Below are positions 7,431 through 16,564 of a stretch of 37,207 bases of DNA, one piece after another. The DNA comes from a virus (Duplodnaviria; Caudoviricetes). Location of the stretch: the IMG/VR virus record IMGVR_UViG_3300037484_000770, positions 1 through 37,207 of that record. The stretch is one strand, 5' to 3'. Positions within the stretch are counted from its first letter, which is position 1. The number at the start of each line of letters is the position of its first letter. Under the pieces are notes generated by a model, which saw only the letters and a list, made by a program, of their open reading frames with translations, was not told where the DNA came from and did no database searches. A program made the translations under genes and the position numbers.

Positions 7431-7921
7431 GCGACGCCGCGGAAGCGCGGGTCGGCTGCGTTGAACGGCTCGTAGTGGCCGGAGGTGTAGATGGCGAGGC
7501 GCTGGCCGCGCGGCTCGTGGCCGTGGAGCGCGGCGCCCAAGTGCAGCCAACGGCCAAATTCCAGGATCGCCTGGTCAAAGGCGATCCCGCTCTCCACGAT
7601 CCGCACGTACGCGTCGCGCAGATCCATCTCGACGGGCACGATGTCTGCGGCCAGGCCCTGCATGTGGGCGCTGGTCTTCGAACCGCCAATCGCGACGTTG
7701 AGTGCGGGTGCCCTGTAGCCGCTCGTCACCCGGAGCGGCCCGACCAGCGCGCGAGCCGGCTCAAGCAAGTCGTACGCGAGGCGGACGAGATTCGCCCGCA
7801 CCTGCCACGGCGGATCAGCCTGGAGGTCGAGGAAGTCCCGGTGCTCCGTCGTCGTCAACTCGGCGAAGCTGAAATGCGGACTGACCCGAGTGCCGGGCAC
7901 TATGGAGCCGTGAGCGTTCAT
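7427..7921 (-). CDS. Endolysin, peptidase M15A (D-Ala-D-Ala carboxypeptidase-like)
   Basis: HFSFAE...SGYRxxxLNxxIGGSxxSxHMxGxAAD...WLH motifs. Confidence 0.9.
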   Translation of the reverse strand: MNAHGSIVPGTRVSPHFSFAELTTTEHRDFLDLQADPPWQVRANLVRLAYDLLEPARALVGPLRVTSGYRAPALNVAIGGSKTSAHMQGLAADIVPVEMDLRDAYVRIVESGIAFDQAILEFGRWLHLGAALHGHEPRGQRLAIYTSGHYEPFNAADPRFRGVA

Positions 7922-8175
7922 GCTCCCGCCTCCATCCGGCTCGCCAAGATCGCCGCGACGCGGAGTTGCGCGGCCTCCGCGTGCTTCGCTCGCGTGTACT
8001 CGATGAGCGCCCCGTCCTCCCAGGAGAGCCGAGGCCGGACCGCTCCCGCGTCCGTCAGGGTCGTCCGGACGAGGAACGCGAGATTCGCCGCAAGCGCTTC
8101 GTCTTGCGCGCGGTCACCGCATCGGCCCAGCTCTGCGGCGATTGAGTAGAGGGCGGCGCGAGGGTCTTGACTCAC
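7918..8175 (-). CDS. Hypothetical protein, first gene of the lysis transcript
   Basis: GTG start just after the late promoter motif; ATGA overlap with the endolysin. Confidence 0.65.
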   Translation of the reverse strand: MSQDPRAALYSIAAELGRCGDRAQDEALAANLAFLVRTTLTDAGAVRPRLSWEDGALIEYTRAKHAEAAQLRVAAILASRMEAGA

Positions 8176-8180
8176 ACCAT

Positions 8181-8210
8181 TCGCATCACCCGCTGGGCGG
8201 CTCCGGTCAA
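8181..8210 (-). promoter_or_regulatory. Putative late promoter copy A (TTGAC-N18-GATGCG)
   Basis: cacTTGAC-N17-tGATGCGa-5 nt-GTG(8175). Confidence 0.7.
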
Positions 8211-8219
8211 GTGGGGGAT

Positions 8220-8561
8220 CTACGCGCCGGCGGGGGTGAGCCGCAACACCTTGACCCCGACCGACGTGACGTCCGAGTACGTGATCTGGACCATGCCATT
8301 GGCGTCCGAGTAGGCGTGCCGCAAGAACGGGCCGATCACCTTCCCCACGCCGTTCGAGACCGCGACCGTTCGATCTGCCACCGCCAACCCGTCGACCGTC
8401 TCCGCCGTCGCGAGTGTCACGGTGATCGGAGCACCACCCGCGTTCGCTACGAGCAGGAACTCCGCCCCCGTGTTGGCGAACTGATCGCCACCGGCTGCCG
8501 CGGCGACGCCGGCGATGTCAACCCCCGAACGGCTGATGTCTGTGACAGTGAGAGTAGCCAT
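8220..8561 (-). CDS. Small beta-rich virion structural protein (decoration-like)
   Basis: Ala/Thr/Val-rich, GDxFxNxG...IGPF...Y pattern seen in phage structural proteins; own late promoter motif. Confidence 0.7.
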   Translation of the reverse strand: MATLTVTDISRSGVDIAGVAAAAGGDQFANTGAEFLLVANAGGAPITVTLATAETVDGLAVADRTVAVSNGVGKVIGPFLRHAYSDANGMVQITYSDVTSVGVKVLRLTPAGA

Positions 8562-8565
8562 GCCT

Positions 8566-8595
8566 CCGCATCTCAGGGTTCACCCGCGACGTCAA
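8566..8595 (-). promoter_or_regulatory. Putative late promoter copy B
   Basis: TTGAC-N17-aGATGCGg-4 nt-ATG(8561). Confidence 0.7.
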
Positions 8596-8612
8596 CGTGC
8601 TAGGGTTGGACC

Positions 8613-9059
8613 ATGCGTCCTACGGTGCTCGTAGCGCCCCTCTTCTTGGTCGGATGCGTGATGGTGGCGCCACGGCCAACGCTCACGCCCGCCGAACAAG
8701 CAGAGCTGGCGACCGTCATGCAGACCCCGAACAAGCTCGAGATGTCCACGGAGGAGAGCACGGCCGCGTGGGCTCGGGTTCAGTCGTGGATCCAGCAGAA
8801 CAGCATGATGAAGATCCAAACCGTCTCGGACTTCATCGTCGAGACCTATAATCTGAACTGCGAACGCACGGTCGGGACCCGGTACACGGCGCAGAGACTC
8901 CCACTCGGCAAGGATGTCGTCACGATCCAGGTCAACGCCTATTCGTGCTGGGTAGGCCAGGAACAAACGGACATCAACCAGCACGTTTTTGCTTACTTCG
9001 TGAAGACCGGGAAGCTTGCCTGTGACCGCGGCGGGGTCAGCGTCTGCCTCAGCCAGTGA
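8613..9059 (+). CDS. Lipoprotein (moron)
   Basis: MRPTVLVAPLFLVG-C lipobox; opposite strand to the tail operon. Confidence 0.75.
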   Translation: MRPTVLVAPLFLVGCVMVAPRPTLTPAEQAELATVMQTPNKLEMSTEESTAAWARVQSWIQQNSMMKIQTVSDFIVETYNLNCERTVGTRYTAQRLPLGKDVVTIQVNAYSCWVGQEQTDINQHVFAYFVKTGKLACDRGGVSVCLSQ

Positions 9060-9130
9060 GATCCCCTACTGCGCCCGACCCCGATGCCCCAACCATGGCA
9101 GCCCGGCGGGCGAACGTTCAAGGAGGAACC

Positions 9131-9361
9131 ATGAACCGTGCTGCTGGCCGCCTTCTGGCGCTTGTCGTGACTCTTCTCGGCGCCGCTGGTTGCGACGTGT
9201 GCAGCCCCGGCGACATGCGCTGTGATGGGTCGAGCGCCCAAATGTGCGATGAAAACAACACCTGGGAGACGTATCAGGACTGCGGGTCGATCGGTGAGCA
9301 ATGCTCGACCGCTCCGTCTGCATGTAGTGGATACACGGGGCTGGCGTGCTGCTACTACTGA
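9131..9361 (+). CDS. Small Cys-rich lipoprotein (moron, 76 aa)
   Basis: AGGAGG RBS; LLGAAG-C lipobox; eight further Cys. Confidence 0.8.
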   Translation: MNRAAGRLLALVVTLLGAAGCDVCSPGDMRCDGSSAQMCDENNTWETYQDCGSIGEQCSTAPSACSGYTGLACCYY

Positions 9362-9849
9362 CGCAGACGTGTCGCGGTTGGGTGCTCGCGGTCGCGGTCC
9401 TCATCGGAACCGGGTGTGCGTCCTACCCGCTCACCGTATCCGTCCATGGCGTAAGCAGGGAGCGCTTTCGCCCCTCCGAGCGCGAGGCGGTTTGGGGCCG
9501 CGCCCTCGCGGCCTTTCAGGACCGGGGCGCGCTTATCGTTCTCGCCGACGATCGCTCCGGCGTTCTACGGAGTGAGGCGCAGCCATCGCGCGCGCCCTGC
9601 TCGGGTGACTTTTCTTACGAGTCAGAGCCCGTGCGCGATCGTGGCGGGATACCGCAGTGCAATGTATCCCTGGTCCACCAATTCACGTTGAGCGCTGATG
9701 GGCTCGCGATTCTGCGTATCAATCGAGCGGTCAGCGGCTCCGTGAAGTTCTTTGGAATGAGCCTAGTAGCGGACAGTGACATCCGGGCGCTACAGTCAGA
9801 GCAGGACGCCATGCTGGCGGGCATTGTCGGAGAAGCCAAGGCCAAGTAG
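9346..9849 (+). CDS. Lipoprotein (moron), start uncertain
   Basis: VLAVAVLIGTG-C lipobox-like signal. Confidence 0.7.
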   Translation: MLLLLTQTCRGWVLAVAVLIGTGCASYPLTVSVHGVSRERFRPSEREAVWGRALAAFQDRGALIVLADDRSGVLRSEAQPSRAPCSGDFSYESEPVRDRGGIPQCNVSLVHQFTLSADGLAILRINRAVSGSVKFFGMSLVADSDIRALQSEQDAMLAGIVGEAKAK

Positions 9850-9857
9850 TTGGCGCC

Positions 9858-12800
9858 CTACACTGGGGTCGATAGCTGCCCAGTCCCGTTGTCGTCCACG
9901 CCGCAGAATCGCGTCCCCGTCCAGCAGATCGCCAGCGGAGAACTCTCCGCGCTGTACCGCAGCGTCAATGTCTCGCCGTCCGTCGTCGTCCAAAGCTTCT
10001 CATTCGATCCGGACATGATCGCGAACAGGAACCCATCGTGGGCGACCGCCGTCAGCGACGAGGACCCCGGGGCAGCCGTTTGCAGCGCCCATGTTTGCCC
10101 GTCGCGGCTGCCCGTCGCGATCGCGCCCGAACCCCCGGCCGCCAGGAACAGCCCCGTTTCTCCCCCGACGAGTCCGAACGCCGCTCCGGCCCACGCGCCC
10201 GTCGCCATCGTGCGAGCCGTCCAACTCGTGCCGTTCGTGGTACTCGACGCACATAGGTCGGTCCCGATCGCAACCACGACTCCATCGGTGGTGTTGCATG
10301 CCGCCGCTACGTAGGTCCCCGCGGGGATAGCCGCCGTCCGATCCGTCCAACTCGTGGCGTTCGTCGACGTCGCCGCGCACGACGCGCCCACGGCCACGAG
10401 GGTCGTGTCCGTCACCGTGATCGCCTTGAAGTCGCCACTGGTGATCGTCTGCGTCGTCCACGTGACGCCTGTCGGGGACGTCTTGCAAATGGTCCCATCC
10501 CCGACGGCGACAAAGAGACTCAACCAATCAGCCCACACCACGGCGCGCCATACGCCAGTACCTATCGTCTGGCTCGCCCACGTTCGCCCGTCATCCGTGG
10601 AGATGGTGCAAACGTTCGTGCCCACCGCCACGATTGTCCCCGCCCCATCACTGGCGACCGCGGCGAGCCCATTATCGAGCCCCGTGACCTGCCCCCATGT
10701 GGCGGTCGCTAGTTCATGGAGGCGGGTCTCTAGGGGCAAGCGCACCCAATTCCCGCTCGGCCCGTCGCTTGACTGCGTCGTGTGAGCCACCACGGACCCG
10801 ACACCGAACGGCCAATCCTCGGCCGTGATGGTGAGGGCGCCGGATTCCGGGTCTTCCTCGATGCGCCGGATGCGCACGGGCGCCGCGTCCAGCCCGAACA
10901 ATGGCTCAGTGAGCGACACAAAGTCGAGCGGCTCTAGCCGACAGAAAGGCCAGCCGACGGTAAATGTGTATGTATTGCGCGCCAGCACGCTGCGTTGCGC
11001 ACGAATCCGGGAAATCTTGAGCGCCACGTCACGCACGCAAATTCCGTGCAGCGCAAGAACCGGCGCCTTGCGCGGGCCGCGGACCTCCACGTCTACCGGC
11101 TCGGGGTCGTCCACGGTCGCCGGGCTGTATCTATGCGACGGATCTATGGCCGCGGCAGCGGGATCGCGATCAAGAAACTCCACGGGGCAGCTATTGAATA
11201 TGTCGTCGGCCGGCGGCCGTTCGACCCCGATCGCGTCGTCGTCCCCCTCTGCCATGAGGTTGTCAGTTGTCAATGCGTACTGGATCGTGTTGTACGGCGT
11301 GTACGTAACGCCGCCGCCCGTTACGCTCGCGTCGCCCAGCGGGATGATCTTGAACTTCCCTTCGCTCCAGAGCAGTTCCGAGTTGGTTGAGTCGAGGATT
11401 TCGCGAAGCCAATCGAGTGCAGGGCGCTGCTCCGTGAGCGCCGGGGAGATGCACAGTTTCTCCGCGGTTGCGTAGCGGCGGAACGACGAGGCGGCCGTTC
11501 CATCCTGCCCCGTGTCGGTCACGACGTCCGCGCTGTCCTGCCCCGCTCCGTAGTCCGAGCTCGTGAGCACGTCCACGATCACGTCGGCCGCATGGGCGTC
11601 TCCACCTGCGCCCCCCGTGTTCCATTCCAGCCCCTTCACCTCGAAGCTATAGGTTTCCGGGACATCGGTGGGCTCCCACGACGGCAAGATCAAGGACTGG
11701 AAGGCGTATGCGACGCCCGGGTATCCAAACGCATAGGCGCTCCTGAGGGTCGTTAGGGCCGTCTGTGTTGGCCGCGTCCCGGTGGCGATCGCGAGACTGT
11801 ATCCGTCGGGGGTCTCCCTGCTCTCCTGCGCCTCCCAGACACGCGCACAGCCCGTGATGGGCCCCTCGGACAACGCAAGCACGCGCTCCACGTAGGGGGA
11901 CGCGGTGCCGTTAAGCGTGACGTCTGCGTAGACGAGGCGTCCATCTATACGCGTTTGGCCATAGACGACCGGGAGTACCGCCTCCAGTGCTGGCCGCTCC
12001 CGCTGCACATATCTCGGGCGGCCGAAGACCTCCCTGCGCTCCGCAGTGGACGCGACGTCAAACGGAGCGCGGTGGACTTCGACCCAGTCTTGGCTGGGTA
12101 TGAACGGAAAACCCCGGTACCGCGCCGTGTTGTCCGCAGCGAACTTGTTGATGCAGTCGTCAAGGTTCCGGCGGCACCCGGGGTGCACGGTGAATGTATC
12201 GTCCACCGCGGGGGCGGCGGGCAGTGCGCGATCGGGCACAAACGTCCCGCCCGTGTTGTCATACGAGCGGACCGCCCGGCTGATCCCGTCATTCGCCCCG
12301 CTCGTGAACGTCAGCACGCCCAACGTGAAGTAGTCGTCCGCTTCCGTCCGGTTCGTAGGCACCGATAGCGTCGTGGCGCCGGACGTGACCGTCGCCGTAA
12401 CCGTGTAGGTCGCCTTTACTAGCCCGCACTGTGTGTCATAGAGGATGTTCGCGCACCCCTGCTGGAGCGGCAGCTTGGGCACTGGTATGTTCAACGCCAC
12501 TAGCCCGCTTTCGATCTGGAGAACAACCTGCGCCGAGGAGGGCTCCGCTTCGGCGACCCGCCCCTTGAATAGGTGCATCACGTAGTCGTCGATCGTGACG
12601 TCCGTGCGATAGACGCGTTGCACGAGCACGGTCGCACCGTCGAATGCGCCGTTCGCCGCGGACAGGGGCAGCCGCATGCCATTGAACTGAGCGGCTTCGC
12701 CGCACTTCAGGACGATCTCGAGGGCGCCGATCTCTGTCCCGGCTACTTCCTCGCGCCGCCCCATCTCGATCAATGGAACCGTTCCGGTTCCCGCGGCCGT

Positions 12801-12953
12801 GAACGTGTGACCGCCGTAGGTGAGATCGGACACGTGATCGGTCCAGTACGCAACGCTCCCGGTCTGAGGTGTGATCGTCACTAGATGCGGGAACGGCCCG
12901 GCCGCAGTCGTCGTGTCGAGCCAGGCGGACAGCGCGGCGGACGCGGCACGCAT
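9858..12953 (-). CDS. Tail tip/hub-central fibre fusion (DUF2163/gpL-like + gpJ-like + beta-repeat C-terminus)
   Basis: CxxxLYDxxCG and GC...C...F..N...GFP Cys motif; PVVYGQTRIxG gpJ-type start; C-terminal TSxDGxTWT (BNR-like) repeats. Confidence 0.85.
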   Translation of the reverse strand: MRAASAALSAWLDTTTAAGPFPHLVTITPQTGSVAYWTDHVSDLTYGGHTFTAAGTGTVPLIEMGRREEVAGTEIGALEIVLKCGEAAQFNGMRLPLSAANGAFDGATVLVQRVYRTDVTIDDYVMHLFKGRVAEAEPSSAQVVLQIESGLVALNIPVPKLPLQQGCANILYDTQCGLVKATYTVTATVTSGATTLSVPTNRTEADDYFTLGVLTFTSGANDGISRAVRSYDNTGGTFVPDRALPAAPAVDDTFTVHPGCRRNLDDCINKFAADNTARYRGFPFIPSQDWVEVHRAPFDVASTAERREVFGRPRYVQRERPALEAVLPVVYGQTRIDGRLVYADVTLNGTASPYVERVLALSEGPITGCARVWEAQESRETPDGYSLAIATGTRPTQTALTTLRSAYAFGYPGVAYAFQSLILPSWEPTDVPETYSFEVKGLEWNTGGAGGDAHAADVIVDVLTSSDYGAGQDSADVVTDTGQDGTAASSFRRYATAEKLCISPALTEQRPALDWLREILDSTNSELLWSEGKFKIIPLGDASVTGGGVTYTPYNTIQYALTTDNLMAEGDDDAIGVERPPADDIFNSCPVEFLDRDPAAAAIDPSHRYSPATVDDPEPVDVEVRGPRKAPVLALHGICVRDVALKISRIRAQRSVLARNTYTFTVGWPFCRLEPLDFVSLTEPLFGLDAAPVRIRRIEEDPESGALTITAEDWPFGVGSVVAHTTQSSDGPSGNWVRLPLETRLHELATATWGQVTGLDNGLAAVASDGAGTIVAVGTNVCTISTDDGRTWASQTIGTGVWRAVVWADWLSLFVAVGDGTICKTSPTGVTWTTQTITSGDFKAITVTDTTLVAVGASCAATSTNATSWTDRTAAIPAGTYVAAACNTTDGVVVAIGTDLCASSTTNGTSWTARTMATGAWAGAAFGLVGGETGLFLAAGGSGAIATGSRDGQTWALQTAAPGSSSLTAVAHDGFLFAIMSGSNEKLWTTTDGETLTLRYSAESSPLAICWTGTRFCGVDDNGTGQLSTPV

Positions 12954-13312
12954 TACAGCACGCTCACGAGCTCGAGGCCGTCGAGCGCCCAGACGCTACC
13001 GTTGAGTCGCTCCAAGTCGAATTCGTCCGCGTCGAACCGGCAGCGGCGCGTTGCGCCATCGTAGGGATCGGCAAACAGGAAGGTGTCATATCTTCCGGCC
13101 ATCTCGTTGACGAACCCGATCAGGCTCGCCGCCTCCACATACGAGCCTCCCTGCCGCACCGATACGTTGAGTGTGTACCGATAGCGCGGCGCAGAGTGGT
13201 GGCGGATGCGTAGTTCCTTGCCGTTGCGCGCTTCCTGGACGCTGGTGCTGTGAACGAGTGCGCGGCTAACCGTCACACACGCGGGCAGGGTCGGGAACGT
13301 GATGTCGGACAC
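12953..13312 (-). CDS. Distal tail protein (DUF2460-like)
   Basis: GTG start; GxExR...PRYRY...GRYDTFLFxDP...RF; follows the tape measure gene. Confidence 0.8.
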   Translation of the reverse strand: MSDITFPTLPACVTVSRALVHSTSVQEARNGKELRIRHHSAPRYRYTLNVSVRQGGSYVEAASLIGFVNEMAGRYDTFLFADPYDGATRRCRFDADEFDLERLNGSVWALDGLELVSVL

Positions 13313-13313
13313 G

Positions 13314-14765
13314 CTATGCCCTCCCTCGGCGATCCCACCGGCGGCGGATCTTCGCGATGGGCCCCTGGTTGGACGCGAAGACACGCTCGACGCTGCGCCC
13401 ATCCATTGGGCCGACGATATTGACCGTCCAGCCACGCGACCCGCCCGATCGAATCGCATTGGCAAGCGGCTCGTCCGCTATCAGCTCCCTGGGATGCACC
13501 ATTGCTAGGCCGGTGTAGTTCCCGGTGTCCCACCAGCCGCCGGCGGCAGAGGGGACATTCGAGAGTTGCGCCATAACTAGCGCGCTCATCGCGCTCATCG
13601 CCGCCACCGCGAGCGCGGGCCCGACAACGGGGATGCCGGCTTGACTCTTCGCGGCCTCCGTCCCGGTCACCGCGGCGTTCGCCGTGATCTGGGCAATGGC
13701 CGACTTGATGATCGACTGAAGCACCGTCTTCGCGACCTGGGCCATCGCCTCGCCGATCGTGATCTGCCTGGTAGCGAGGTCGCCAAGCGCGCTCCCGATG
13801 GCGTCTCCCCATTCCTGCGCAAGCGCGATCGAGGCCTCTACCTGCTCGTTGTAGAGCTCCTGCCGCTCAGTCGCGAAGTCGAGTTGCTTCCCGAGTTTGA
13901 GCTGATCGTCACGGCCAACAACCTCGGTGCTCATGTCGACGCGGCGCCATGGTGCTACGTCGCCCACCTTGGCTTTCGTCTGTCGGATCTCTACGTCTGC
14001 CTGGCCCTGTGCGGCTCTCCGAGCCGCCTCCGCAGCATCAGCGTTCTGCACTTCCAGCCGCACGGTCTCGGCCAGTATTTCGGCGCGGCGCTCGAGTTGA
14101 TAGTTTTGCTCCTTCGCCTGGCGGATCCGCTGCTCGTTCTCGCCCAACTCCCTCGGTGTATATTCGAGGTACTTGATCTGATCACGGATCAGTGCGTTTC
14201 GCTTCTCAAGCCCCGCGATCAATGCATTGTTGCCTTCCATTTGCATGCGCACTACATCGAGGCTTTCCTTATCGACTTCGGCCGGGCTCATGCGCGCCCG
14301 ACGTACCGACTCGAGCCGGCCCTGTAGGGCGTCGATGGCCCGCGCATTGCCCTCTGCTGCCTTCTTGGCCGCCTCCGCTTCCTCTCGCCATGCCGCAGTG
14401 AGGAGCCGCACCGCTCCCACCGCGGCGGCCAGGCCGATGCCTACAATGCCACCCCCGAGAAGGGCGCCGCCGAGCTGCGTTAGGGCGCCCTTCGCCTCCC
14501 CGCTTACGGGGACGATCTCCGCGATCTCGCGAACGAAGAAGCCCGCAGTGCGCGCTTGCGATCGCTCCTCCGACACGAACTTCTTGATCGATTCCGTCAG
14601 CCCACCGATCTCGGTCCCGGCCGACCGCACTGCCGGACCGATCGCCGAGAACGAGCCCCGCATCTTGACGCCGGCTTCGTTGACCGCAGCTGTGACAGCC
14701 CGGAGGGCCTCCGTCGCCTGATCACTGGCGACTTCGATCTGAAATCTCAAAGTGGAACTAGACAC
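13314..14765 (-). CDS. Tape measure protein (short, 483 aa)
   Basis: Ala-rich helical/coiled-coil protein; C-terminal SAAGG.W...AMVHPRE motif; position after the chaperones. Confidence 0.85.
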   Translation of the reverse strand: MSSSTLRFQIEVASDQATEALRAVTAAVNEAGVKMRGSFSAIGPAVRSAGTEIGGLTESIKKFVSEERSQARTAGFFVREIAEIVPVSGEAKGALTQLGGALLGGGIVGIGLAAAVGAVRLLTAAWREEAEAAKKAAEGNARAIDALQGRLESVRRARMSPAEVDKESLDVVRMQMEGNNALIAGLEKRNALIRDQIKYLEYTPRELGENEQRIRQAKEQNYQLERRAEILAETVRLEVQNADAAEAARRAAQGQADVEIRQTKAKVGDVAPWRRVDMSTEVVGRDDQLKLGKQLDFATERQELYNEQVEASIALAQEWGDAIGSALGDLATRQITIGEAMAQVAKTVLQSIIKSAIAQITANAAVTGTEAAKSQAGIPVVGPALAVAAMSAMSALVMAQLSNVPSAAGGWWDTGNYTGLAMVHPRELIADEPLANAIRSGGSRGWTVNIVGPMDGRSVERVFASNQGPIAKIRRRWDRRGRA

Positions 14766-15036
14766 ATCGGCCCCCGGGCATCACCTTGCCGCCGAACCGC
14801 GCCGCTAGTTGCCCCATGGAGGCCGGTTTGCGGCTCCGCTTCTCAGCATTGAATCCGAGTGCGCCGGCCACGAGGAGGTGAACGGGCGGGTGCTCGCTCC
14901 AGTAGTCAACGAGAAGCTCGGCCCCGTCCATCCACATCGCCTCGATCTCATTCGGTGAGATGCCCAGCCCCGTCGCCAGGAGCCCGTAGAATTCCCGCCG
15001 CCAAGCGGCTACACCTACGGGCTCACCTCTTCCCCC
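14758..15036 (-). CDS. Tail assembly chaperone frameshift extension (gpGT-like)
   Basis: The -1 frame after the slippery site GGGGGAA reads ...YWSEHPPVHLLVA..., ending at the tape measure start. Confidence 0.7.
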   Translation of the reverse strand, partial: GGRGEPVGVAAWRREFYGLLATGLGISPNEIEAMWMDGAELLVDYWSEHPPVHLLVAGALGFNAEKRSRKPASMGQLAARFGGKVMPGGRCV

Positions 15037-15326
15037 GGTGCGGCCTTCTTCTTCCCCGTCGCAGCCAGAACCCCCGTCAGCGCCGTATCGAGGTCGTCCA
15101 CGTAGACGAGATCCTTGATCTCGCCGACCGTCAGATCGGGATGGTTCTCCTTGAGGAGTTCTACGATTGCGCCGCAGATGAAGTTGAGCCGCATGCGACC
15201 GTCCGGATCGTCGCCCTGCTGGAGCTTGTCCGCGCGCTCCACCGCCTCCATGGCGCGGTCGTACGCTCCGACACGGAGTCGCGGGACATCGAAGTCGCGC
15301 CCGCCGATCTTGATTGGGGTCCCCAT
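15015..15326 (-). CDS. Tail assembly chaperone (gpG-like)
   Basis: Lies between tail tube and tape measure; ends PGEE over the slippery sequence. Confidence 0.8.
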   Translation of the reverse strand: MGTPIKIGGRDFDVPRLRVGAYDRAMEAVERADKLQQGDDPDGRMRLNFICGAIVELLKENHPDLTVGEIKDLVYVDDLDTALTGVLAATGKKKAAPGEEVSP

Positions 15327-15328
15327 GG

Positions 15329-16063
15329 CTACTCATTCCCGTACGTGTAGAAGAGGTTGCCCGTTGCGTCCTCGAAGGCAGTGAAGTCGAGGGACGTTTC
15401 GGTCCAGTCATCGATCTTCATCCCGAGGGAGAGGTTGGAGAACTTCACCGACGGGAGATAGATCCCGTTCTCGCGTGTGCCGCCCGGAGGATCGGAAAGA
15501 CGGAGCGCGTAGCCCGAGGTCGCCCCGCTCGTCTGGTTGGTCGAGGTGAGCGTGGTACCCGTGGCCGCCGTGTACGTGTAGGCGATTGCCACGGAGTCGG
15601 CGGCGTCGGCGGTGTTGAAGGTGTACACGCCGGCCGCCGCGGCGTAGACGCCCGTCCCCGTCGCGGTCGCGGCGCGGGTCATCACCGTGCCGTTCGTCAG
15701 GTTCACGACGCCGAGGTCGGTGACCCAAGTGGCCGAGTTCGTGACCGTGACCTCGAAGGGCGTCCCGGGAATCGTCGCCGAGTGCGTCGCCGCCTTCGTC
15801 TGCCCCGTCGCCGTCGTGGTGCCCGGGATGACGAGACCGACAAGCCGCGCGTCGAAGTCCGAGGTCTGAACCTTCCCGGTGATGCTGATGTCGGTGGTCG
15901 CGCTATCCACCGGCGCCAGCTTGTTCCCCTTGAGCACCTTTTCCGTGCTCTTAAATTCCACTGTCGCGCCGCGAATGATCGCGATGTTGATCGGGGTGGG
16001 ATAGGTCCCCGAGCCAATCGCCGTCACGTACCCGACTCCGAAAAACGACCTGTGATAGCCCAC
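15329..16063 (-). CDS. Major tail tube protein
   Basis: AAAGGAG RBS; Thr/Gly-rich beta protein; FFGxG start; synteny. Confidence 0.8.
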   Translation of the reverse strand: MGYHRSFFGVGYVTAIGSGTYPTPINIAIIRGATVEFKSTEKVLKGNKLAPVDSATTDISITGKVQTSDFDARLVGLVIPGTTTATGQTKAATHSATIPGTPFEVTVTNSATWVTDLGVVNLTNGTVMTRAATATGTGVYAAAAGVYTFNTADAADSVAIAYTYTAATGTTLTSTNQTSGATSGYALRLSDPPGGTRENGIYLPSVKFSNLSLGMKIDDWTETSLDFTAFEDATGNLFYTYGNE

Positions 16064-16075
16064 GACATTCTCCTT

Positions 16076-16564
16076 TCAGGCCGTCTCGGGCCCGACTTCG
16101 ATTGAGATCTCCATCGTCGCCATTGCTTGCCCTGCGCCCGATCCCTCGCCCTTGTCGACTCGACCAACAGAGAGGGAGCGAATCCGGCCGCCGAGGTTGG
16201 TCCAGTGCTGGAGGTGCCCGCGGCCGGGGTAGACAGCGCCAGTCGCGTCCGTATCGGCGGTCGCCGACCATTCCAGGGCCTCCCGAACCTCGTGAACCGC
16301 GTCGTTTAGCGGCGTCGTCGGCGACGTGTCCGTGTCCTCTGTCCCCGTGCGAGCGAAGATCGCGATCTGGCCCGTGAGCTTCCAGCCCGGAGGAAGGCCG
16401 TTGTGCTCGTCGACCGGCTCCTCGTCGCCGTCGTGCAGCTCGAGCGCAGGCTGCTGTTCGGGTACCCATTGCGTCTTGCGGCGTGCGTAGCCCCTGAACG
16501 TAGTGGTCTGGGCCGCGAGCCGATCGAAGAGGGCCACCCAGATTGTCTCGGAGTTGGTCGCCAT
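16076..16564 (-). CDS. Tail terminator/completion protein
   Basis: Synteny and size. Confidence 0.65.
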   Translation of the reverse strand: MATNSETIWVALFDRLAAQTTTFRGYARRKTQWVPEQQPALELHDGDEEPVDEHNGLPPGWKLTGQIAIFARTGTEDTDTSPTTPLNDAVHEVREALEWSATADTDATGAVYPGRGHLQHWTNLGGRIRSLSVGRVDKGEGSGAGQAMATMEISIEVGPETA

